From NCBI GenBank assembly GCA_032718475.1, contig JAUCBJ010007160.1, positions 24,846-88,845 of the forward strand: a DNA stretch of 64,000 bases. Reading direction: 5' to 3'. The notes beneath the pieces were generated by a model. The model was not told the origin of the DNA and made no database searches. It saw only the letters and a program-made list of their open reading frames with translations. This document shows, piece by piece, positions 1-13,272 of the stretch. A program made the position numbers and the translations under genes. Source of the DNA: Nemertoderma westbladi (Eukaryota; Animalia; Xenacoelomorpha). The stretch's first letter is position 1, and every line of letters starts with the position of its first letter.

Positions 1-746
1 AAAATTTGTAGCCTCCCCCTAGCGGCTGGCGGCGGAATTAAAGATTTCACTAAAATTGCTACTAGTCCCTCAATTTTGGTCCAAATTTCTTGAAACCAAC
101 TTTTTTGGACTCAGCGTGATTGACTCTACAAAAGTTATCTTATAGAATTTTTAATTAGCCAATTTTATTTTAATTAATTAATTTAATTAATTAATTATCA
201 TATTTTTCATTAAAAATGGCTAATTAGAAAAAATGGTAATATTTATCAAAATTCCATAAGATAACTTTTAAAGAGCTTCCAAAGCTCGTTCGAATGAGCC
301 AAAAACGAAGAAAATTGGTTGAAAAATGACGGAGGAGTAGTAATTTGAAAATGAAAAATGACATTCCGAGAAAATGCCCTTCAAAGTTTAAACCGTCCCG
401 CCAAAATTGGCTGTCTGTGTTCTGGTTGGTTAATTATTTCTGGCACGAATGATGCACACCAACGAGCTAAAATGTTCATTTCTGGGGTTTTCGGGGTCAC
501 TGATTTCATTTCCGATGTCAGTTTTAATTTTTAGTGGAATCTAGTCTATCTGTCTGTCTGTCGGTCTTCTGTCTTTCTTACAATTTGACGGACAGACCGT
601 CGTACGGAAAAATAGTAATAACTCGAGAACTGAAAGAGGTCTCACTAAGCGGTTTTCAGATTTGTAATCCTCATTAAATTCTGCTCTAGATGAGATAAAG
701 AAACAATAATTTGAAAATTTTACCTGAGGGGGGGTATACCCCCCCC
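1..746. mobile_element. Non-autonomous DNA-transposon-like dispersed repeat (terminal part), ending next to TTAA
   Basis: 660-746 is the reverse complement of 28235-28330. Contains the ggggttttcggggtc(a/g)ctga motif that recurs near 6150 and 13340, and a (GTCT)n tract at 541-570. Confidence 0.5.
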
Positions 747-779
747 TTAAACTGCTAAAGGTCTTCAAAAGCGCGAACA
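747..779 (+). mobile_element. 3' terminal fragment of an LTR related to the BEL/Pao LTR at 38801-40091
   Basis: ttaaactgctaaaggtcttcaaaagcgcgaaca matches the sense-strand LTR end ttaaactgccaaaggtctgaaagcgcgaaca. Confidence 0.6.
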
Positions 780-2289
780 CAAATATGTAAGTTCCCGTGA
801 CATACTATTGTTATACATGTAACAGCCACTAACATTGGTTCCATGGGTAACAGCTCATACCAAATAGAATAATAGCCAAGGATAATAGGACAGTTAACCA
901 TGCTTGACTGGCGCCAGGTTGCCAAAACATGCAAAATGTTACTAAAGTTTGAAATCACCCCCATGAGGAACCAGATTCCAGGGCCTACCTGCTGTGTAAG
1001 TACGGCTGTGCCTGTAAGTCTACCCTGTTATATATGTTGCCAGCTGCAACATTCACCAACACGCTTTCTATATCAGGCAGACAAAACAACAGTTACAAGT
1101 AAAGAATGAACGTTACTTTCTATGATAAAGCACTATCCCGTGAGACTGCAACATGATAAACAAACGAAACCGAGGGTTTTTGTTAACTCCCTGAGAATAA
1201 CTAAAATAACTAAATACTGGTTAAAAATAATGCTATTTAATCCTAACACTGTAAAATCTATAAGGCCACAAATGTGTGCTACTGTACATCTGTAAATAAT
1301 ACACGCTTTCATGGTACAAGGTAATTGTCATGTAATAAATAGCCAGACACAATTGGCCTCACTTCACTGACTGGCTAACATTTTTTGTGAGTCCCTTTCC
1401 CAATGATCTGAATTTATGGTCCAAACCATGGGTGACCAGGCCTGGGAGGCCAGATTGCAAGGGTGAGAGGAATTCTGGAGTTGAAGGCTACTCTCATGTC
1501 CCACCCTGACCAACCAAGCCATTGGTGAACCTGGGGGAAGTCAATAGACTACCCTCAGTTAATACCCTGACACACAGGTCCCCAATGCGACAAGGTGAGC
1601 TGACTGCCCTGGCAGATAAGCTTTGCCTTAGTGCAGTGGGTGTTGAAGAGCACCGAATGTGGACTGTACAGACTGATGAGGTTCTGATTGAGGACATGGG
1701 GGGGGGGGGTGTTTGGCGACTTCCCTTACCTCAGCAGATTACAGTAGAAATGGAAGAATTGTTAAATCCAACTGTACTTGCAAAATACATAGACCAAATC
1801 ACCAACCATTCTGTCAGGTCAGGTCTCCAGATCCTGCTACCACTATGGCAGTAATGTGGTACTACCTGTAGCTGTCAGCCCAGTAGGGCAGGCCCGATAA
1901 GCATAGCCTATTCATTATTTAGTTGATCAAGAGTGGGTTGGTTTAGCCCCGTCAACTAAATAAGTCATTGAGGGCTATAGCGCGTAGGGCACCATTGAAG
2001 GCAATGGCTTGATACGCATCTGCATTAGAGATGTTACACGCCCCACCCTGTATATACTGAATGCTCCTCTACCAGTCTTAGGTAACCTAACCCACGAGAC
2101 ACACTTGGTTCAGGTTGTAACAAATGGACCCCTACAGTCGGCAGCAGGGCTGTAGGCCATGAATAGGCGGAAGGTAATCAACCAACGGCTAGACATGCTG
2201 ACAAGCTCGGCGGAAGGTAATCAACCAATGGCGACCTACTGCGAAGACGCTTGTAGGAGTTGCGACCACAAGCGGTTTACTCCCGCAAC

Positions 2290-4618
2290 TGAAAGACCAA
2301 CAAACAACACATTCGAAAAGAGTAAGGGGAAGCTATGGACCTTTCAATACCCTAATGGAACCAAATCACAACTGGATTAATCCTTATAAACAAAAAGTGG
2401 AGAAACAGCATGATCAACTGCGAGGCATACAGCTTGTTCAACCTAATTGGTTCGGACCACAGAATTGTGACTGCAGAGATCAGACTCAGTTTGAGAGCCA
2501 GCAAACCCAGGACAAGCAAGCAAATCAAATATGACTAGGAGAAACTCAGAACTGACAATGCTGTAAAGGATGCTTATACAGTAGAAGTTCAAAACCACTT
2601 TGAAGCACTTCAATCAATGGATGAAGACCAATCCACCAATTCAATATACCAGAATATAATAACAGCCCACAAGGAATCAGCTAAGAGGCATATACCCCAG
2701 AAACCCAAACGAAAACAGTATGTGCCATGGCAAAACTCTGAGGTTACTTGTAAGAGAGAAGATCTTAAGATAGCCTACAAAGTTAAAACCGAACAACCAA
2801 CAACCGATAACATTAACAAGATTGAGAAAGCTAAGGACGATCTTAAATTGGCCTACAACATCAGCCAGGAAAAGTACATACAGGATAAAACTGAAGCAAT
2901 TACAACTGCTCACATACAGCAACAATCAAGACTTACCTGGCAAACTGTAAATTAGGTATCTGGTCGGAAAAGTTGTGCAAAGGGGCGCCTCAAAGCCGAT
3001 AGTCCTGAAGAACGTGTTGGGAAGTGGAAAAATCACAGCAACTTGCCTGGGCAGCCACCAAACATCGAGGTCAGCCCTACAAGAAAAATATATGACAAGA
3101 CACTACCTATAGAAACAGGGGACTTCACACCTGCCGAACTCCAAAGAAGCATTAAAAGCATGTCCAACAATAAAGCGAGTGGATTAGATGAAACCCAGTG
3201 GAGGTTTGGAAAACCGGAGTGCTAATCAGACCATTATTGAATGTTTGCAACCGGATGTTAAAATGGGAAAAGCCACCACCAATTTGAACTAAAGGTCAAC
3301 TAAAGCCTCTCCCCAAGAAAGGAGACCTCAGCATACCAACAAACTATCGTGGGATCTGTCTGCTTGTGGTAGCTGCCAAAATATACAATAAAATGATTCT
3401 ATATAGGATTAGGCCTCACATAGAGAAACTACTGCGTAAGAGCCAAAACGGATTTCGACCAAGTAGATCAACAATAGCTCAGATACTTGCACTACGGAGA
3501 CTGATGGAAGGAATTAAGTCAAAGAATCTCCCCGCATTCATGACTTTTGTGGACTTCAAGAAGGCATTCGACTCCATCCATAGAGGTAAAATGCTTGAAA
3601 TCCTTAGAGCTTATGGAATACCAGAAGTAATTGTTGCAGGCATTGGATTGTTATATTGTGACACAGAAGCGCAGGTACTCTCACCAGATGGTGAAACTGA
3701 GTTTTTTTCAATCCTGGCTGGCGTACTGCAAAGTGACACATTAGCACCATTACTATTTGTAATTGTGCTGGATTACGCAATGAGGATGGCCACAAAGGGT
3801 GAAGATCTGGGATTCACACTTCAAGAACGCAGAAGTAGTAGATATCCGGCAACTACAGTCACAGACACTGACTTTGCGGATGACATCGCCCTGCTCTCTA
3901 ATACGCTTGCAGATGCACGCACAGCTTCTACTAAATAAAGTGGAGAGGGCTGCTAAGGAAGTTGGATTGCATTTAAATGCTACAAAGACCGAATTCATGA
4001 CCTTTAATGTTGATGGAAACTTGACAACCATTGATAATAATCAACTAAGGAAGGTCGATGACTTCCAGTACTTTGGATCATGGATAGAGAGTATCAAAAA
4101 GGACATAGAAGTTAGGAAAGCAAAGGCTTGGGTAGCTCTATCTAAAATGGATACCATCTGGAAATCAGATCTCTCCAGGCACCTGAAGACTAAGTTCTTT
4201 CGAGTCACAGTGGAAAGTGTATTGACTAAATCATTTGAACAACGAATTGATGGTTGCTACACAAGACTACTAAGTGCAACCCTAAACATCAGCTGGAGAC
4301 AACACATGACAAACGCCGAGCTTTATGGTACAATACCACCAGTATCAACCACCCTCCGTGAACGCAGATTAAGATTCAGTGGGCACTGCTGGCGAAGTAA
4401 AGACGAGGTCATACCAGATCTACTTATCTGGCAACCAACTCATGGAAAGCGTAGTCGTGGACGACCGGCCATAACATATATAGATCAACTTGAAAGGGAT
4501 ACTGAACTTGGGAGAAACGAAATTGCGACAACTATGGAGAATCGGGAAGCCTGGAAGGATCTCATTTCCTGTCCACTGTCCGAGTTCGCTCGACCTAGTA
4601 GTAGTAGTAGTAGTAGTA
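2290..4618 (+). mobile_element. RTE-clade LINE, decayed (end of APE endonuclease plus RT, with stops and frameshifts)
   Basis: Motifs WTFQYPNGTKSQLD, SDHRIV, KKGDLSIPTNYRGI, QNGFRPSRST, FVDFKKAFDSIHR, GVLQ, FADDIALL, RRLRFSGHCWR, GKRSRGRP. (TAG)n 3' tail at 4596-4618. Confidence 0.9.
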
Positions 4619-4869
4619 AATCACCAACTGCATCATCCATTGAAACTTCTCATGTTCCGTAAAACTGGCTAAAGTAGTTCTGATTGTGTGCTATTCACCC
4701 ACTAGTGTTGCTCCAGGAGAGGAGGTGGAATATATCTACCACGATGGTGTGGATCAGCATGCATTTATTAAATTTCATGGGTGACTTTAATGCAAGTCTG
4801 CATCAATCATCTACATCACCCTGGGTCTATATTGGTGATTCCTCTGTAAGCAGGTTTGAGACTGGTTTG

Positions 4870-4931
4870 TTACTCAACTAGCTTCTGATTGGAAGGGGTT
4901 GGATTGACTCCGTCACCATCGCTCGGGCATT
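4870..4931 (-). CDS. Candidate short terminal exon of the crystallin-like gene (ECPSDGDGVNPTPSNQKLVE*)
   Basis: tacAG acceptor, phase compatible with the upstream exon, AATAAA about 100 nt after the stop. No domain support. Confidence 0.2.
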
Positions 4932-5164
4932 CTGTATTTATTAATAAACTATATAAATCTATTATTCCGGTATAAATAGACATTTTCACTACCTGCCAGG
5001 TTTATAAATATATAGTAACTGTGGGCATAAATGCATATATCTGCCTAATGTGTCTAATACGGTAGTGGTTTTCAACCTATCTGATAATTGGTATCAGACT
5101 CTTGGAGGCGCATTGGTAAATCCCTACCCTATTGGATGTTACCTGTGGTTGACAGAGCAAATAG

Positions 5165-5393
5165 TGTTGGTACGCAGCAAACTTCGCCCACGAGAAAGCG
5201 AGAAAGCTTCGCCCACGTCCAATCATCGCCGGGAGCAATCTTCGCCTTCAAAATGGATGTCAACAACATCATTTATTGTTTTGGTTAGAAAAAGCCGTCT
5301 CTGTAACCTGCCGTCTCTGTAACCGGCTCATTTCCCCCAATCGGGTGAAGGTTGGACGCAGGTGAAGATTGCACCCAACCATGGTGCCGCCCC
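5165..5393. mobile_element. Small MITE-like repeat with cttcgccca subterminal repeats
   Basis: Repeated (a/c)ttcgccc units on the left and inverted ggtgaag units on the right. Confidence 0.35.
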
Positions 5394-5468
5394 TGCAGAG
5401 CAGAGCATATATTACTTAATTCTATTGAATACTTTTGAAATGTTATGTTGGTTTGGGTGTACCCATAC

Positions 5469-5623
5469 CTGTATAGTACGGCTCAGAGAATAATATTATG
5501 CCGTCGGCTGGGATGACTCTCAGAGAGCTCATTATACCAGAAGTAGAGAGTTGATCAGATGAATAAATCCCCGGATCTAGAATATCAGTTACCCCGTCAA
5601 ACTCGTGTTCGTAAAGTACCATT
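5469..5623 (-). CDS. Internal exon of beta/gamma-crystallin-like protein: (I)MVLYEHEFDGVTDILDPGIYSSDQLSTSGIMSSLRVIPADGIILFSEPYYT
   Basis: tttctAG acceptor and G|GTATGG donor, 155 nt open. Phase matches the exon ending at 14012. Greek-key-like motifs LYEHEFDG, PGIY, SSLRVI, ILFSEPYYT. Confidence 0.8.
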
Positions 5624-6539
5624 CTAGAAATATAATTGAAAGGGGCGGAACTCTAATATTTTTGTTAAATAATGAATAATTAATGTTTTGACCTGAATTT
5701 TATAGTTTCGCAGTTGTCCTATGATTAGGTTTGTTCATGTTAAATATCTTTGATCTCGCGGCCTGCAGTAGCTACCTCAGGACTCATGGTAGTGAGAACC
5801 GTGGTAGTACTGCAGCTTGCGGGACACACGGTAGTACCCGGGAACCGTGGTAGTAACTCAGGGAATGTGGTAGCCGATGACCGTAACTGGAATAAATGTA
5901 TATGGGGTAGTCGGCCTCACTAACAACCAAAATTGGAAACCACTGGAAATTGTCCAAAATGTGGATATTATTGTTGGTTAGTTTGTGTTAAGTGTGTACA
6001 TGTACAATATAGATATCTGCAATGCAATATATTTAAATTTAAATGCTGATGGCACAACAATATATATGTAAGTGCGAATGCGTAATATTATTCTACATCA
6101 GCAATTTTTTAGATCTTGGCTGAAAAATTACAATTTTGATGGTATAAGGGTTTTCGAGGTCGCTGATCTCGATAAATCTTGTTAAAAATATTTTCTGGCA
6201 ATGCGACCATCAATTTTTGGTCATTTTTTGGTCCCCCAGGACGAAAAGTACAAGTAAAAATTTCTCAAACTGAAAATCTTGTGATTGGCTTGATAATTCT
6301 CAAGGTATACAGGTTTTCATGGTCGCTGATCACGATACAACTAGTTGAAAATTGTGACAGGATCTGTGTTGGCCCAGGATCCCGACCGTTCGACTTTTGT
6401 AGTGAGGTCTGATACCTTGGTGATGGGCTAGCTGTGGCCGTAGGGCCGGTAATAATAACTAGAGTTTCATTTGACCTTAGTGTTAATGATCTTAGTTAAC
6501 CGATTGCCCAAATTACCGGTAGCCTATGGGACAAAAAAA

Positions 6540-6957
6540 AAAACTAGAGTTCATTGGTGTGCGACAAGGATTTGCTACTTCTGGTATCTTATTTGTAATA
6601 TATCTAAATGAACTGATCCGTAACCTCAGGCTTTGCCAACCAGATGGGTTTCTAGAATGGCTACATTGTCTTTTATTCATGGATGATGCAGCCATTTGGG
6701 CAACAACTAGAGAAAGAGCCTTTGATAAATTTTCAGTATTGTGCAAATTTTGTGTGGATTATTGCATGCAAATAAATAGTGTAAAGTCGAAATTCATGGT
6801 AATAAACGGTGGAGCGTGTAATAGAGTACCATTCACAGCTTACGGTATCGTGATAAAACATTGCGATAAGTACACATATTTAGGGTCCATTGTATCGTCT
6901 GACGGCCGAGTACGTACTACAGTACGTGAGCATAACAGGGACAAACAGAAACACCTC
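6540..6957 (+). mobile_element. RTEX-like LINE RT fragment (5' part of the element that resumes at about 11610)
   Basis: GVRQG..SGILFVIYLNEL, LLFMDDAAI, INSVKSKFMV, YTYLGS motifs. Confidence 0.8.
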
Positions 6958-6989
6958 CGCGCGCGAGCTGGGGGAAGATCTTCTCTGTG

Positions 6990-9900
6990 CTGGGGGTAAG
7001 AGCGCGTAAGAAAAGGGGGAAGAGGGGGAAAGAAAAGGGGTATGGATCTATAAATAGCATCCAATGGGACGCCTCTATTTTACTACCGTTTTATACTGTA
7101 AACATACAGCTGTCTACCTTATTGAGAAGTGGTAATACTACTTATTAGTTGCTAAACTTACCCCCACCCACCTATCATCACACACCTACTGTACTTAACC
7201 ATACATACCCATTCCTACATACCTTCTTACACGTACCCTCCCACCCACCTAAGAACGTCGACTTAACTGCACCCACCCACCCACCTAAGCACACCTACTT
7301 AACCGAACCCACCTACCCACCTAAGCACGTATACTTACCCACACCCACCCACCTACCTAAGCACAACTACTTAGCTGCAGAGCACGTCTACTTAACTGCA
7401 CCCACCCACCAACATAAGCACGTCTAGTTAACCACACCAACCCACCCCCCCCCCCCCACCTAAGCACATCGACTTAACCGCAAGCACCCTCCCACTTACC
7501 TAAGCACACCTACTTAACCGCACCCACCTACCCACCTACTTAACCGCACCCATCCACACTTCTAAGCACGTCTACTTAACCGCACCCATCCACCTGCATA
7601 AGCACGCCTACTTACCAGCACCCACCCACCCACCTAAACTCGTCTACTTAACCGCACCCACCCACCCACCTAAGCACGTGTACTTATCCACACCCAACCA
7701 CCCACCTAAGCATGTATACTTACCCACACCAACCCACCTACCTAAGCACACCTAGTTAACCGCACCCACCTATGCACATCGACTTAACCGCACCAATCCA
7801 CCCACCTCAGCACGTCAACTTAACCACACCCACCCACACACCTAAGTACGTCTACTTACCCGCACCCACACACACACCTAAGAACGTCTACTTAAGCGCA
7901 AACACCCACCCACCCACCTAAGCACATCGACTTAACCGCACCCACCCATCAACCTAAGCACGTATACTTACCCGCACCCACCCACCTACCTAAGGACACC
8001 TAGTTAACCGCACCCACCCACCCACCTAAGCACACCTACATAACCGCACGTGTACTTAACCGCAAACACCCACCCACCCACCTAAGCACATCGACTTAAC
8101 CGCACCCACCCACCCACCTAAGCACACCTACTTAACCGCACCCACCCACCCTCCTAAGCACGTCTACTTAACCGCACGCACCCACCCACCTAAGCACACC
8201 TACTTAACCGCACCCACCCACCCACCTAACCACGTCTACTTAACCGCAAACACCCACCCACCTAAGCACATCGACTTAACCGCACCCACCCACCCACCTA
8301 AGCACGTATACTTACCCGCACCCATCCACCTACCTAAGGACACCTAGTTAACCACACCGACCTAAGCACATCGACTTAACCACACCCACCCATCCACCTA
8401 AGCACGTGTACTTACCCACACCCACCCACCCACCTAAGCACGTATAATTACCCGCACCCACCCACCTACCTAAGCACACCTAGTTAACCGCACTCACCTA
8501 AGCACATCGACTTAACCGCACCCACCCACCCACCTAAGCACGTGTACTTAACCACACCCACCCACCCACACACCTAAGCACGTAAACTTACCCGCACCTA
8601 ACCCACCTACCTAAGCACACATAGTTAACCGCAACCGCCCACCCACCTAAGCACGTATTCTTGCCCGCACCCACCCACCTATCCTAAGCACACCTAGTTA
8701 ACCGCACCCACCTAAGCACATCGACTTAACCGCACCCACCCACCCACCTAAGCACGTGTACTTAACCGCACCCACCCACCCACCTATGCACGTGTACTTA
8801 ACCGCACCCACCCACCCACCACACCCACACCACCCACCCACCCACCTAAGCACACCTACTTAACCGCACCCACCCACCCACGTAAGCACACCTACTTAAC
8901 CCCACCCACCCACCCACCTAAGCGCACCTACTTAACCGCACCCACCCACCTTCATAAGCACGTCTACTTACCCACACCCACCCACCTACCTAAGCACACA
9001 TAGTTAACCGCACCCACCCACCCACCTAAGCACGTATTCTTGCACGCACCCACCCACCATCCTAAGCACACCTAGTTAACCGCACCCACCTAAGCACATC
9101 GACTTAACCGCACCCACCCACCCACCTAAGCACGTGTACTTAACCGCACCCACCCACCCACCTATGCACGTGTACTTAACCACACCCACCCACCCACCCA
9201 CACCCACCCACCCACCCAAACCCACCCACCCACCCATCCACCTAAGCACATCGACTTAACAGCACCCACCCACCCACCTAAGCACACCTACATAACCGCA
9301 CGTGTACTTAACCGCAAACATCCACCCACCCACCTAAGCACATCGACTTAACCGCACCCACCCACCCACCTAAGCACACCTACTTAACCGCACCCACCCA
9401 CCCACCTAAGCACACCTACTTAACCCCACCCACCCACCCACCTAAGCGCACCTACTTAACCGCACCCACCCACCTTCATAAGCACGTCTACTTACACACA
9501 CCCACCCACCTACCTAAGCACAACTACTTAACTGCACCCACCCACCCTCCTAAGCACGTCTACTTATCTGCACCCACCCACCAACCTAAGCACGTCTAGT
9601 TATCCACACCAACCCACCCTCCCACCTAAGCACATCGACTTAACCGCACCCACCCACCCACCTAAGCACACCTACTTAACCGCACCCACCCACCCACCTA
9701 CTTAACCGCACCCACCCACCCTCCTAAGCACGTCTACTTAACCGCACCCAACCACCTGCATAAGCACGACTACTTAACCACACCCACCCACACACCTAAG
9801 CACGCCGACTTACCAGCACCCACCCACCCACCTAAACACGTCTACTTAACCGCACCCACCCACCCACCTAAGCACGCGTACTTATCCGCACCCACCCACA

Positions 9901-11312
9901 CACCTAAGCATGTATACTTACCCACACCCACCCACCTACCTAAGCACACCTAGTTAACCGCACCCACCTATGCACATCGACTTAACCGCACCCATCCACC
10001 CACCTAAGCACGTGTACTTAACCGCACCCACCCTCCCACCTATGCACGTGTACTTAACTACACCCACCCACCCACCCACCAACACCCACCCACCCACCCA
10101 TCCACCTAAGCACATCGACTTAACGGCACCCACCCACACACCTAAACACGTCTACTTAACCGCATCCACCCACCCACCTAAGCACGTGTACTTATCCGCA
10201 CCCACCCACCCACCTAAGCATGTATACTTACCCACACCCACCCACCTACCTAAGCACACCTAGTTAACCGCTTCCACCTATGCACATCGACTTAACCACA
10301 CCCATCCACCCACCTCAGCACGTCTACTTAACCACACCCAGCCACACACCTAAGCACGTCTACTTACCCGCACCCACCCACCCACCTAAGCACGTCTACT
10401 TAACCGCAAACACCCACCCACCCACCTAAGCACATCGACTTAACCGCACCCACCCACCCACCTAAGCACGTATACTTACCCGCACACACTCACCTACCTA
10501 AGGACACCTAGTTAACCACACCCACCTAAGCATATCGACTTAACCACACCCACCCACCCACCTAAGCACGTGTACTTAACCTCAAACACCCACCTAAGCA
10601 CATCGACTTAGCCGCACCCTCCCACCCACCTAAGCACACCTACATAACCGCACCCACCCACCAACCTAAGCACGTCTACTTAACCTCACCCACACACCAA
10701 ACTAAGCAAGCACGTCTACTTAACCGCACCCAACCTCCCCTACCCCTACACACCTAATTACCCGCACTCAACTACCCCTACCCACCCTCCCTCCCTCCCA
10801 CACCATATTTACCCGCACCGACCGCCCGAACCTAACAAACACACCCACCCCTACTTTTTCTACCTTATTCCGACTCCATGGCAAACATTCTCGGAGCAAT
10901 CATGCCGTACCAGAAATTAGCAAAAACGGAAATCAGGGACAGTTTTGGCCAAAACCTTTTTTATAAGAACCGTTTTTTGATAATAGTTTCCTATAAAATA
11001 ATGCTAAGTATTTACATCCTAGAACATTCGATAACTATTGTAAATTATTGTAATTAATAGGTTGGTTGCTTTTTTTACCATATATTATTAAATAAATGTG
11101 AGATAGTTAGTTCAGTTAGTTTAATTATAATATCGTAAACATCACTGCACAAAAACGCGTTTTACACACCAGATCTTTAAAACATTACCTTTATTCGTAT
11201 GCGAAAATAAGGGTTATGCCAGAGCCAGCCTAGAGGCCAAGCAAGGTACCGTTAGCCGTAGCAATGCAAGAAGCTTCCTAGCTTTTAGATCCTTCCCCCT
11301 TTTCTTACCCCC
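6990..11312. mobile_element. Inverted-repeat-bounded non-autonomous element carrying a minisatellite, inserted in the LINE
   Basis: gggggtaag..taagaaaagggggaag..ggatcta (6992-7050) is inverted relative to tagatccttcccccttttcttaccccc (11286-11312). Confidence 0.5.
7235..10730. repeat. 36-bp C/A-rich minisatellite (cacctaagcacgtctacttaaccgcacccacccacc), roughly 100 degenerate units
   Basis: Directly visible tandem array. Spurious ORFs repeat a 12-aa unit PPKHVYLTAPTH. Confidence 0.95.
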
Positions 11313-11609
11313 TCATCCGTGCCATCACTGGTTCAGCCAAACAACCCAGGCAGCTCCGTAGCCCATCATTGTTCCAATTCTTCCGGTAGGCTATCATTAC
11401 GGCTCTCCTAATTTGTTTCAAATTTGTTTCACTGGCATACTTAACATTGTTCCAATTTTTTGAGCTCCGTAGCCCATCATTGTTCCAATTCTCCGGTAGA
11501 CTATCATTACGGCCCTCCTAATTTGTTTCAAATTTGTTTCACTCCCATTCATAGCATTGCAGGTAGGACACCATTACGTGGCTCCTAATATGTTTCAATT
11601 ATGTTCCAA

Positions 11610-13272
11610 TTTTGTTTCAACTAACAGAGACATACTAGTGGCAGTACGCGCGCAGGCCGCAATCAAGGTGCTTTTAAGCGTGAAGGCTTCCACTACGAAC
11701 GATACAACACTGATAGAGTTAGGCCAACCCTCACTTATCGCGATAGTAAAAGAGAAGCAATACAAATATTACACATCCATGTTAGACAACCGCACCAGTT
11801 TCTTAGATGACCCGTTCAGCTATGCCATTCACGTATCTCGAATCAGCAATACCCCGGCTTGGAAACGCCAAGGAAGTCATATATCGTCGTGGACATAGAG
11901 AATCGTAAACTGAAGTTAAGACAATCGATGAAAACAAAGTCTGCAACGTACGTTAACAAACACAACCCAGACCTATCTGTGCATAACATTTATAAACTGA
12001 AACTAAGTTACGTCCCGGAGCACCATCGGAAAGCAATGACACGATTAAGATTATCATCACATAATCTACGTACAGTATTGAGACTGGGCGGTGGAGTAGA
12101 ATACCTCGTGAACAACGCACGTGCCGATGTAACGGCGTAGACATCCAGGACGAACAACGCACGTGCCGATGTAACGGCGTTGACATCCAGGACGAACAAT
12201 GCACGTGCCCATGTAACGGCGTTGACATCCAGGACGAACAACGCACGTGCCGATGTAACGGCGTAGACATCCAGGACGAACAACGCACGTGCCGATGTAA
12301 CGGCGTAGACATCCAGGACGAACAACGCACGTGCCGATGTAACGGCGTTGACATCCAGGACGAACAACGCACGTGCCGATGTAACGGCGTTGACATCCAG
12401 GACGAACAACGCACGTGCCCATGTAACGGCGTTGACATCCAGGACGAACAACGCACGTGCCGATGTAACGGCGTAGACATCCAGGACGAACAATGCACGT
12501 GCCGATGTAACGGCGTAGACATCCAGGACGAACAACGCACGTGCCGATGTAACGGCGTAGACATCCAGGACGAACAACGCACGTGCCGATGTAACGGCGT
12601 AGACATCCAGGACGAACAACGCACGTGCCGATGTAACGGCATTGACATCCAGGACGAACAACGCACGTGCCGATGTAATGGCGTTGACATCCAGGACGAA
12701 CAACGCACGTGCCCATGTAACGGCGTTGACATCCAGGACGAACAACGCACGTGCCGATGTAACGGCGTAGACATCCAGGACGAACAACGCACGTGCCGAT
12801 GTAACGGCGTAGACATCCAGGACGAACAACGCACGTGCCGATGTAACGGCGTAGACATCCAGGACGAACAACGCACGTGCCCATGTAACGGCGTAGACAT
12901 CCAGGACGAACAACGCACGTGCCCATGTAACGGCGTAGACATCCACGACGAACAACACATGTTGACTAATTGCGAAAATACATAACATATACGGGACAGC
13001 TGCAGCAATATAGACCTATCACTTCCGGGTATTTACAACGAACATTGTACTGTAGTAGCATTTAAAATTTTTCAGATTGCCATGGTTAAGAACTGATGTC
13101 ATGCTTAAGATTAATCTTAAATTGTGCTATTTATGTTAATATTTACTTACTTAATTTGAAATTGTTTGATAGGCTGATATTTGTATATGTTTTGGTGTTT
13201 GATATGGTGTATTACGCTATGTCAGTAATTTCTGTTAATATGGACAATTGTCAATAAACATTACTACTACTA
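11610..13272 (+). mobile_element. RTEX-like LINE 3' part with C-terminal zinc knuckle and (TAC)n tail
   Basis: IKVLLSVKASTTND..LIELGQP, RLRLSSHNLR/IETGRWSRIPREQRTCRC..QDEQHMLTNC. AATAAA followed by (tac)n at 13254-13272. Confidence 0.8.
12110..12956 (+). repeat. 42-bp tandem repeat, about 20 near-identical copies, encoding EQRTCRCNGVDIQD in the LINE frame
   Basis: Unit gaacaacgcacgtgccgatgtaacggcgtagacatccaggac. Confidence 0.95.

Noticed and set aside
1930-2270. Possible HDV-like ribozyme in the RTE 5' region
   Set aside because: gtgggttgg/ctaacccac can pair, but I could not build the P1-P2-P3-P1.1 order. An Infernal or RNArobo search would be needed.
7149-10263. Pro/His/Thr extensin-like ORFs and possible telomeric repeats
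   Set aside because: The frame is broken repeatedly along the minisatellite. cctaa occurs once per 36-bp unit, not as a telomeric array.
11953-13008. Long minus-strand repetitive ORFs and a CRISPR-like look of the 42-bp array
   Set aside because: Units are contiguous with no unique spacers and derive from the plus-strand LINE. The ORFs are by-products of a stop-free repeat.
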